Source: Lenisia limosa
Taxonomy: Eukaryota; Protista; Breviatea
Reading direction: 5' to 3'
Assembly (NCBI GenBank): GCA_001655205.1
Contig: LPNZ01008715.1
Location: 1-49,620 of the forward strand
DNA: 49,620 nt
A program made the translations under genes and the position numbers. The notes beneath the pieces are model-generated. The model made no database searches. It was not told the DNA's origin and was given only the letters and a program-made list of their open reading frames with translations. Of the stretch, positions 23,301 through 34,796 are shown one piece after another (the stretch's first letter is position 1; every line of letters starts with the position of its first letter).

Positions 23301-26300
23301 GTTTATATTGGGCTATTAAATCATATAATACTAGTACATGTAAATCAGAATGGTACAAAATGTAAAGTGCATCTCAATATATATTTTAGCAGTCACCCAT
23401 GGTTGTTTCATTATACCCAGATGCTGTGGACTTCATTATCCATGGTTTGGGTACTGCCAAGCATCCAGGATACAAAGAATGGCCCGCAATCAAAATGATG
23501 TTGGAGAGGTCATATCACGGTTGAAATTTAAAAATATCATATCATAGTATTTCAAAAATTGTTTGAGAAAAATTATATAATTATATAATTGTACATATGA
23601 TATAGTATAGCGTATATGTTATATTTGTATCATATAAAATTTGTTTTTTGAAGCTCAAAATTATGTGAAACAAATTTAATCCTCATAAGCCCTGACGCAT
23701 GGCTGAGGTCCTACGTTACAAGCGAAGTAGCTGCAAGAGTGAACATTGCGGATACGTCATCTGCATGGCATGAAATCAGAACAGTCACTGTTGTTTTTGT
23801 AAAGGTATAGGGTGAGATTTCATGTATAACCATTTTGATAATTAATTATCAAGCTTTTATCTCAAAACAGGTTCTTGATCATTTTAGCTCTACCTAATGA
23901 CTGATACTTCAAACTCGGTTATGAAGGTCTCATCAGCACTCGAGGTGATACAGCATCAACTTTCGATTTTCAAAGGGGTATTACGTCATTTGGCCATCGA
24001 TGACAAAGGAACAGTGGCAGTCCTTACATTTGGTGCTATTAATTCGTAAGTCCTGTTCTTTTTTAGATCAACTACCTTCTAACATACGATGAGCTAATTA
24101 GCATTCAGGCATACGGATGACTCTATTCGAGGCATTGAAGCTTGTTTAGCCATCCAGGATGGACTTCACTCAATCTGCAAAACTTCAATTGGAATCACTA
24201 CAGGTCGCTTCAGGGTTACCAAAATAAAGCTATTATACAATGTATAAAATAATGTGAAAAGAAACAAATTTTTTGGAACGTGAATGCACACTGTTCACAT
24301 TCTTAGTATATTCCTTGAAATAAGTTTAATTTTTAACAGGACGACTAATTTGCTGTTTCGTTGGAAATAGTGTCCGACGTGAGTTTGCAGTGGTTGGAGA
24401 GACAGTCAATCTTGCTGCGCGGTTGATGTCGAGTGCTGGAGGCTGTATTCTCTCTGACCAGTAAGCAGGGAATTTTTATTTCTCTATAAGATAGTGAGGG
24501 CACTTCTGGTAACGATACAAGCGCATGGAATTCAGTTTCTTAGGAAATGTCCACCAATTTTCATTTAGTTTTTTTATTAGTTTAATAATATAATGTGGTA
24601 AGTTAGATGGTTTGGAATGAGAAACTCATTTACCCACCAGTCTGTTTTCGTTTATGTACACATAAACACATATAAACGCATCTTTAGGACAACAAGACGT
24701 CGATGCGGTTCAGCTATTGTTTTCCAAAATCTCTCACCAGTTTATGTATGTGTGGGATACAGAAGAAATCAATCTCAGTTTTTCATTGAAACTATGTTCT
24801 TAAATAGTGTTCTCAAATGTTTAGGTAGCTATCGCCAAACGAGTAACCAAAGTTATTGTCTTCAAACCACTTTCAAAGGTTTGTCTCAATTGGTATTTTG
24901 CATACAATCTCTTGTCATTAACGGGATCAAATAATCTATAATATAATAAGGCATATTCAGTCTTATAAAAACAATAAATATACACTCTTTCAAGTTTCCA
25001 ATATTGTATTACTAATGTGTATTTAGAGGAAGACTACATTTGGGCAAATCAACTTGGTTGGAAGGCAAACCGAGTGCCAAGCTATTATTTATGCAATTGA
25101 GGCTTTGCGAGATGATGGGCAAAGTAGAATTGTCACCCTTTCTGGCGGTTCCGGAGAAGGAAAAACTGCTATAGCAAGGTTTGATGTTGTTAATACAGCC
25201 AATTTGAATTAACAATATCAAAAGTTTAAACAAAATTGAATTGCTTGTGAACGAAAGATTTTCTAGAATGTTGATTTTTTAGTTGGGCCAGGATGTATGC
25301 AATTGAATCGGAGATGGTTACTATTTCGATTAACTTTCAGGTATATTGAGATTTGATTGTTTTTTTCTCATAATCAACACCTCATCTTGCAGGTGTCTGA
25401 AAATGATAAACATTTTATTTGGCGGCAATTGATGATCAAGTGCTTCGATGTATTGAAAGATTACAATATGAACGGTTTGTAATAAATCGAACTCATTAAT
25501 AGATTTTACATACATTTAATTTCTACAGTATTATATCAACTCTTTAGATTGCGATGTCTGGGAACCATACATGCAGAATTTGAGTTGGCTGGTGAGACCA
25601 TCTTCAGTGTCCCAATTTGAACCATTGGCCTATGAAATAAATTCAAAAGTTGGTGGTCATGTCTCTTCAAATTGCTATACCCGCAGATTTGTATCGCTTT
25701 CCCACTTGAGATATTGCAATCATCGTACCAGTTAATCTCATTACTTGACGAGTCAGGTTCTGGCATCAATAGCTTTGGTCCTCCAAAGGGTGGCAAAGCT
25801 GGTTCCGATCTTTATCATCTTTGACGACACTCACAACGTTTCTGCTGAAGCCTGGGAGGCTATACCACAAGTCATTTTGCAGTCATGTGAGTAGCATTGT
25901 ATTGTAATACTTATGACAATGCACAATATTTAAATAACTCAAATATGGTCATCACAGCATTACTATGTGGTAGTCTTCAAGATTATAATGTGATGGTTTG
26001 ATAGTATATTACAGATTCCCTATTATGAAGGTTATTATATGTTAATATGTGATATATATCACTTGCTATTAGGTAACACACTCTGGCTGATAACACATCG
26101 ACCTTTTGGTGGTGAGTACAGTGCTTTGCCACAATGGGATACAATGACGTCTTGCTACCACTCAAAAGTAAGGGGTATTGTAACAGCTTTATTTTACGCG
26201 TAATCTTTTAGATCTCCTTGAATCTCAATCCACTGAAAGTTGATGAAGTAGAAGATTTGGTCAAAGACAAACTTAATGTTGAATATGTGGGAAGAAATGT

Positions 26301-29300
26301 CAACTGAAAATTAGGGTAAACTAATATTATTTAGAATACACATAGCACATACATGATACATGTATATTGTGATTGATTTGGACAATAAAATTTGTTTTGG
26401 ACACTTCACACTAACAAAGCAGATTGACAACCAATCAGTTAGTTTCTTCTATGAAAACACACAGGTATAGACATGGGAAACAAGTTGTCTTACAGTTGAA
26501 TGTTATCCGTTTATAGTTGCCAAAATTTAACTCTTTAGGGAATTCCTGAAATGATTATTGACCTATGTTCAACGGCTGTTATTGAGGGATACGTCCAAGT
26601 TGACACAATGAACGCCGTTTGCCGCTTGAGTCCACAGAAGTAAGGATTATATTATTTAAAATAATATTGTAAATTAAAAAAATTACTTATGTTTTTGGAT
26701 CTACACCTATTGTCCGATAAATCTAGTAAGAAAATTAGAAAAACAGTTAATGCAATATTGCCAGCTAGCGGCTTACTTTTCAGAACAAGTCGAACGGAAG
26801 AGACTTATTTCTCCTTATACATTCAGGGTGATCTTGTTGGACATTCAGGTGGGCTTCTGTTTATTTAATCATTAATCTGCTATTCCCTTTTCATTTTTCT
26901 TTCAATCTTAACATAGTAGGAATTCGGCTCTCCGAGGGAACTGTAAGGGCGGTCACGTCACATATCGATAGATACCCCCCAGAAAGTGTACTGCTACTCA
27001 AAATGGCCAGGTACTAAGCAATAAATTATTGTCTTAAAAAACCTTATACGATATTGTGCCACCATTAGCGAATGTTTAATTTTGACATCGTAAAAATAAG
27101 GATTTGATATAAAATACATTTGAAAATATCTGCTTTATAAACTGTCTTCAGGTCTTGACTATATATAGTGTTATTGGGCGATCCTTCACAGTTCGAACGT
27201 TGGTTGCGATATTTCCAACCGCTATCAAACATATGGTGCTGATTCACCTACTTCGGGTTCTCGAGAAAGAAGACATTGTTTATAGTGATGATGAGGTTTG
27301 ATACAGGGTTTTGGAGTCTTGACAAATAGCAATCTGTTTTGACAATTAATCCGTCGTAGGATCTTAATAGTTGGCGGTTTGTGTCTCTGGCGGTTCAAAG
27401 AGCCTGTTATAGTCTCATTCCAATCGAAGATAGAGGGCGCATCCATCACAATATTGCGGATGTAATTGATCAGCAGGTTGGTAGAGATATAGTACGATAG
27501 AAACATATCAAATGAAGATATTTCAGTGTGTACTGCACGGGTTACAGTTTCATTCATAATATGTCAAGAATGGTTCCAAGACCTACAGTATTCTACTTCA
27601 AATGACGTACCACTTGCTGTCAAGCCTTTCACAGGCGGTTTTCTCGGACGTTATTGTCTTAAAAACTCTGAAACTTACACTGAAAACAGGTGAGCAAATT
27701 ACAATAATTATACGTTTCAAAATAAATGCTGTATAACACAAGTTCATCACAAAAAGGCGAAATAGCCCTGCGACAACGTCAAGGCTCACACGCCGTCCCC
27801 GCCTTCAAAGCAGCCATTAATGTTCTAAACGACAACACTTCCGTTTTCATGGTTTGATCAATACACCACGTTTGTGGAGTATATTACTTTCAAGAAAGGA
27901 TGGGGTCTGTCAAAAGATACAATCTCGCTACTTCTCTTGCTAATTAAGGCAAATGGCATGCTTAAAGCCTTGAGCTTGGTCCATGGGATGTAGGAGGGTT
28001 GTCATAAATTTCAAAAAAATGCGTCTTGCGTTATTTTAAATTATCATATCATATTATTTACTATTTCCTCAATATTAAATCTCATTAATAGTGAGGATAT
28101 AAATTAGACACTTTAGTTCTTCTCCAGAAGTCAAGAAATTAGCAACAGAGCTTGAAAGAGAAGCCGTATTGGTTTGTTTACATTATTTTATTTCAAGTTT
28201 TGATAATCTGTTGCGAAAATGATAAGATTTCATTCTGACATCACAGAAACAACTTGAGATTGTTCAATTGTGGACAAGGTGGGATATTGAAGAAACGTAT
28301 CATATATGCATATCAATTAAAATTTCACAGCATATTTCCTCTAAAAACGCTAATATATTTGAGCTGGTTTATAATGACACCTTTTAGATGTGCATTAGTG
28401 AGGCTGAATGTGTTCAGAGGGGACAAACGTCAAACAGAATTTTGGGCTTCCAGGGTTGTGGGGCATTGATGTTGGAGTATATTGGTCACGTATTTGACTT
28501 GTATATTATTATTACAAATGTGTAAATAGGTCAATTTATATTGAGTTTTTGAAAAGTTCTGGAATTTGATTGAATCATCTAACAATATGATATGATTCTA
28601 TGGATTATTCGACAAATTCCATTCCTGCCACCGAGTGAAGCTCTAACAGCAACACAGCTTGGTCGATTAGCAATTGCGTCTAAAAATCCTGCCATCAGTG
28701 AATATGCATTCTACATTCAAGGGGCGGCCCTTCGGCGAACCTCTTCTCCTGCCGTCGCAATAGATGTAATGAAATTTTCATAATTACTGGTGTTTTTTAG
28801 TTATATTTAACCACTTACCCCACTTTACATATTCCAATTGCTTTTGGTGCGTAGTTTTCTTTACTATTCATAGGCTCTTGAAATGGCCTTAAACACAAGC
28901 CCAAATCCCATTGTCAACAAAAACAAGTCCGTATACAGTAAGTAGATGGTTTCACATACTACTTGTATAACACATAGCATTTGCTTCTTGGTGTAACACT
29001 GACAACTTTAGTTGCTGGAAACACTGTTCACTCTAAGGAAACAAACAAAAACGCATTCCGAAAATCTGCTTCTGCTGAAAGACGGGGGAGTATCACCGAT
29101 GCAAACATGGTAGATGTACGATTGGAACCAGTATATCATATATAATATCAATTATAATTATCTTGTGAACACATTGTTTTTGTTAATTTCCCAGGAATTC
29201 CCTTGGAGCAATGTGCTACAATGGCCTTCCGCACCTCAGTCACCACTACACATGATATTCTTGGAGTTGTCTGCTGCGTCGTTGGCATTTGGGGCCCCGA

Positions 29301-32300
29301 TAAAGGTAATATAATCTAATTCCATTTCAAAACATGGTATTTTGTTTAATTAATACACATCTAATTACCTCCAGGCGTCAACATCATTGACTGCAGCTCT
29401 TCATATTATGAATTCACATAAGCCATCATCTACCTCAAAAGGGAAGTAAGCAAAATTACAAGAATGATTACTTTGTCACTCATCCCACTATCCTTCTATC
29501 CAGTTCACAAAAATAGTCAAATAATATCTCTTTAGTATGACTCTTCGAGCAACAACAGTCCTGCAGCCTCTCTCCAAAACTCATTCAACATCAACGGAAG
29601 ATATTGCGTTCTACCTTCGCGATCAGCGATCTGATACTGAAAGATACTACCCTTTAGCCTCAGCAATGTCTGTCGCAATTGAAGTACGTACTGGTTGTCT
29701 TGGTTCATATTGGAATTTTAGAAATAACAAATACTATATACTATTGATAAAAATTGCTATATGTAAGTACCCCGGTTTGAATGCGATCACCAGTATGTAT
29801 GCGATCACCAGTATGAATGCGATCAGGAAGTTAGAGTTTTTTTCATTATAAAATCCCTAAAATCCCAAAAACACAAGTATTTTTGACATAATATGTAGCG
29901 TTTTAATCCTGAGAGTATATTAAATCAGATTAGAAAATAATATTTAGATATTTCTACCCTCTCCCCCTCCAACAACAGCTTATCGCATCAACATCGAAAT
30001 TGTTGAGACCGCTGAAGAGTACGACAAGCGCCGTCTCCAAGTTGCCGCCGAGATAGCAAAGGAGCGCCAACAAGAAAAGGCCCGTAAGGAAAACGAGGTA
30101 GTAGAGAGAGAAGCCAACCATCCTGTTGGAAGAGGACGTGGGCGTGGACGTGGACACGGACGTGGTCGTCGTGTTACTGTACAGCTGTTTCTATTGTATT
30201 TTGGTATTTCTAAGTTTAAATATAAGTTGTTTTGAAATTTTTGGNNNNNNNNNNTTGGTGATCGCATTCAGACCGGGGTACTTGTATTATATTGATATAA
30301 ATTCTTGTAAATTCCCATTTAAACTCGTAGGTGGTAATGCGTCTTGGTGAGACATCGGCTGTTCCAGCAATTCTTCGTACCGCAGGACCCGCTAACGTCA
30401 AGCGAAATACCCCAGTTGATACCACAGAGCACAATCTGAATGAGCACAAAATTCCAATATTGGATCAAGACTTAAGTAAAGGGCGTAAATTTTTGCATTT
30501 TTTGTAAAAAGCAATATTTGATTGTTTAGCAGTTATCTTCTTCAATTCAGAGCTACTCATATCACCATTTAGTCTCAAACAAGTCATCAGGAAGCCTCAC
30601 ATCTCGAGGTCACGTGACCAACAGAGTCAGCCTCACAGACCCAAGATCGACGTCATCAGGCTTGGGACATGATGACGACAAACTATGCGAGGTGCTACAG
30701 AGCTGGACAAAGGTATTTTAGGAGTGCTCTATTGTGACTAATTGCAATTGCGTTCTGATAATCAATGATAACTTCAACCCCTTCTCTGTTATTTGGCTTT
30801 TGGTTGATGATAATCATACCGAGAAACATAGGCATGTCAATATCTTAACATTGTCAAGATCTAATTGTCCAGGTGATGAGATGTACATCTCAGGGCAGGA
30901 CCGCTTCAGGGGTAAGAGCTTTGTCAGGACTCTCCGTAAGTGTGTATATTGATGCTGAAGATGTAAAAGGGGAAACTACTCAAATTGAGTATTGTAAGAA
31001 GCCCGTTGCATGATGCTTAATTTCTTTTTAATTCTATAAGGTTGCGATACCTTGGAAAGTTACTCCAGCCAATTGTGCTGCCCAGCTGGCACATGTAAGT
31101 AATACAAGATTAACCATCAGCTTAAATTTGACCTTTTTACAAAAGTAATGATATTGCAAAGATTATTCATAATGATATATATAGATATATATATATACTA
31201 TATGTATAATCACATACACATGCACTAATTTGACATGGTAAGTCTATTCTAATTGTAATACATTTATTATCTTTTTAGCAACTGACTTACCAGGCTGATG
31301 CTCAAATCATGGTTGGAGAAGTCTCCACGGGTGTCTCCATTCTGAAAGAAATTATTAATGACCCATCAGTGGGATGGATACCAATGTATTTCCCTTTAGA
31401 TTAGATAGAAAACAGAAATTGTGACAACACAATATGGCAATCTGTTTCATTTAATGTTCCATTATATTGCCTAAATTTTACCAGTGATGGGACTTAGCGT
31501 TACCTCATCCCCAAATAACAATTAAGTGTCGACATATTCGCTGTTTGGCTATGACTTGCCTTGCAGAGGCTGGGGCAAATACAATCAGCCCAAATGCAAC
31601 TGGTAGGATATTGATAACAGAAATGACAAAAACTAAATATTTCACAATATAAAATAGGGATAATAGAGTTCTTTCTAAATATGAAAAATTGTCCTTTTTT
31701 CAACTAATACTTTTTAGATCCTTTCCACCAAACAATTAAGCAGCGTCGCCACAGTATGTCCCTGGCAATGACCGTTCAAATCCCGTATGATGGATATAAT
31801 TGGTTTTACGGTTAAATACAGTTATTTTCTAGACATTTCCATATTATTCCTAGTTAAATAATATTGTCTCAGATATTTTTTTATTTTTACTGATATACAA
31901 ACATTCATTGCTTGGCAGATCACCTCAATACACCCCCACCGCCAGTTTTATGAGCCCTAATGTATTTAAGACCAAATCATCACAAGGTAAGCTCACTGCA
32001 ATATGACATTCATCATGAAAGGGCTCGTTTTTCTGTTATATTTGTATTTGTTTTTCGGTAATATTTAAGACGGCGCGAAGTGATTAACATACTCAGGAAT
32101 TACAATACCTGGTGGAGAACTCTTCACAAACGCTTGGCTTGAAGCAACTAAATGTGGCGAATTTGGTGTTTCACTTCAGGTATGAACTATCATTATGAGA
32201 AATACTCGTGCAATTAGACGTAATCTGGCTAAAACTACATTATATAACGCTGCACTTAACGATTTATATTAGGCACTTCTCGGTAGTCGATACCAACATG

Positions 32301-34550
32301 CAATGAACTCGCGCAAACTGATCCCATTGACATTTTTCATTTCATCTGGTTGGAAAGTGTAAAATAGTTTGCAATATACAACTCACTAACATTGCTTTTA
32401 TATTGTCCTACGCAAATCGATATACTATTCAAATTCAATAGTTTGAGCGTTTGTGTTCACATAATTTTTTGGTAACACCATATTGCTGGTGAACTAAAAA
32501 CTCAGATCGGGTACGACGACAACTAGACCATGACGAGGAGACTGACATGCTGACATGGCTCAATCAAACAGCTCTTATTCTTGAGAAAGCACCGGAGATA
32601 AGTATGAACTGATTAACAAAATATGTATTTCCACCAATTTATTATTGTTTGTGTGATGTACGTTACCATAAATGCAAATATAATAATATTATTCATATTG
32701 TAGCTCAAATGTTCCTCTTCAACCACCAAACTTCTTCAACCAGGTATGAACGCTTTTGTCTGTGTTTCATAATATCACAGTATTATGTTAATCCAGTTGA
32801 CAATTAAAGGGAAGATATTACAGTACAAGTCATTGGTTTATTACATACAACAAACAGTATTCAATTGCCAACGTATTTCACGGCATCAGTCCTTCTCGTC
32901 CGGTCATTGGGAGAATCCAACGTCATAGCTCACTACTTACCAAAGGTTTGAGAAAGTTAAATAATGAGTCCAAAAAATGGCAATCCATCATTATGGATAA
33001 CAAATATTGCATCAGATCATTCAGTCACTCTAAAAGTTCCTAATTAATGTGACCGCATACTTCAGATGACGATGTTCCCCTCAACGTTTCCAAGGGAGTT
33101 CTGCCATTACAACAGAGTGCTCACCACGGAAATGTTTGTTTTCTTAGTGTCTATGATTAAATACGGGTTATAACGAATTAATAATATTCTACAGTTCTAT
33201 TATTTTCATATTTATACTATTATTATGTTATTATTACAACTTCTTATCAGCTCAGTTCCTGCATGTAGATGATGTCAACATTGTTCCCATTTTGTCTTCT
33301 GCTTCTACGAATAAACCAATTGTAAGCCTCAAGTTTCTTTTTCAAAATACAGTAACTATCAAGATTTATTCAAGAAAAGAGCATGGACCGCTGACTAACA
33401 GTCCAATTGCGTCACCTTCCTTTTTTGGACTTGTGAGGTCCAGATCCACCCCTGTCACGTCATGTCGGTCTCCATCAATTTGTCGCCCACCTTCAGTTCT
33501 TGGTCTGTTGGAGATTTTAACCTGATGTCGACTGTATTATTCCCTTTTCCAATTGAAGCCTTTTTTTTGACCGATTATAATCATTATTAGAGGTACCTGG
33601 TTGCAAGAAGGAGGAACCTAAGCCGCTGTTTCAACAATTAAAAACTGTAGAACCAGAGGTAAGAATTGGCTGAGTAAGATACCCGTTTGAAAAGTTTCTA
33701 AAAATAGTTCTAATGGTAAAGAATACATATACTATATACATAATAATCTTCTAATAATACTATCTATTGTGAATCAGGTAGAATTTATTTCACAGTTCCT
33801 TGAGTACTCCTCATCTGACGAAGATGACTACTTTTCCGAAGAAGTTTCGCAGATCAACAAGCATGCAATGATGAAAAATAAATCACGTCTTTCCGGTGTG
33901 ATTTGCGTGTAAAATGATGCTACATGACATAAAAGCTGAGTATTGTTGAATAAGTATGACTGAATTGGTACAAAATATTATTCTTTTCGTTTGATATTAA
34001 GCTATAACACTGTTATATAGGTGTTCCACATTTGAAAGCAATTGCAACGAAACCTTCAATATCACCTCAAAACTATGGTAAGTCAATGGAACTTCATACA
34101 AATAATATTAGTTTTCGGAATTACAATATATTTTTCTGAATTTCATTTTAGTACAATTTTAACCAACATAGCCGCAAGACACAGTACGCCAAAGTCGCCA
34201 TGGTTTTCTGCTCCTTTGGGTGTCATTGAGACAAAAAAACCCGCAATAAAACAAGAAAAATTCCATAGGTACATCAGAGCTTAATTTATTCAATGCAGTG
34301 TGTTTATTTTTTGAGATATTTATTGGTTTTTATCATAATTATTTGTTAATAACCCAGGCCTGACAATCCAATTGAAATCCAGAGAAATGTCGAAAACGCA
34401 GATTTCACAGGTTTGTTTCAAATTCAATCATTTGTATTTTCTGAGATTTAGAGTCTAAAGAAGTGAGTATGCCGTTATTACTGTTTAGGTACATGGGGCC
34501 CTCTACACGATCTTGTCCTTATGTTTCATCGCAAAGACCTTCGCAACTAA
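20301..34550 (+). CDS. ADCY10: Soluble adenylyl cyclase-like protein: tandem class III cyclase domains, STAND-type AAA ATPase and long helical/TPR-like tail; dozens of exons; both ends approximate
   Basis: C1: VVMADVSGFTAF...SGDILTFAGDAVICFF...VHIGITCG...GRWEYVLTG. C2: EIRTVTVVFVK...KGVLRHLAIDDKGTVAVLTFG...SIGITTG...RREFAVVGETVNLAARLM. NTPase: LVGRQTE, Walker A GGSGEGKT (25144-25167), Walker B IFIIFDD. STAND winged-helix motifs: HIDRYPPESVLLLKMASVIGRSF and WRFVSLAVQRACYSLIPIEDRGRIHHNIA. Upstream exons (about 19800-20290) may exist and the 3' end (34250-34600) is unresolved. Confidence 0.88.
21875..21908. repeat. Perfect 17-bp tandem duplication in an intron of the cyclase gene
   Basis: ATACAACCTGAAAGGGT occurs at 21875-21891 and 21892-21908. 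Confidence 0.85.
29781..29826 (+). repeat. Three subterminal ~18-bp tandem units at the left end of the element
   Basis: ATGCGATCACCAGTATGT, ATGCGATCACCAGTATGA and a truncated ATGCGATCAG. Confidence 0.85.
29979..30235 (+). pseudogene. Orphan terminal exon inside the TIR element (charged coiled-coil followed by an RG-repeat)
   Basis: After a CAG acceptor at 29976-29978 the frame reads (A)YRINIEIVETAEEYDKRRLQVAAEIAKERQQEKARKENEVVEREANHPVGRGRGRGRGHGRGRR...*. It is phase 1, incompatible with the phase-0 host intron, and no upstream ATG exon is visible within the element. Confidence 0.55.
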
Positions 34551-34796
34551 AATTGTTTATTGTATTTCTTACTTTAGTTTCTTATTTTTATTAGTATTTT
34601 CTTGATTTTTCTTATTTTTATGTTAGAACTACATGTATATTAAATTTGAAGCATTCAAAAGTAGTTGGTTTAGTTTGATAAAAGCAAAGTGCCCAAATCT
34701 GATAAAGAACATGATATAATAATATATATAGACAAAATTTATACAACAATTTTACATTTCAATTCATTTGAATCTGCGAGCTGATAGAGGAACCTA

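Larger units (their letters stand above)
29770..30278. mobile_element. Short non-autonomous TIR element (at least ~0.5 kb, contains a gap) flanked by TA, in an intron of the cyclase gene
   Basis: Left CCCCGGTTTGAATGCGATCACCA versus reverse complement of right CCCCGGTCTGAATGCGATCACCA (23 bp, 1 mismatch); TA at 29768-29769 and 30279-30280. Host exons join in phase 0 across it (..SVAIE | VVMRLGE..). Confidence 0.85.
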
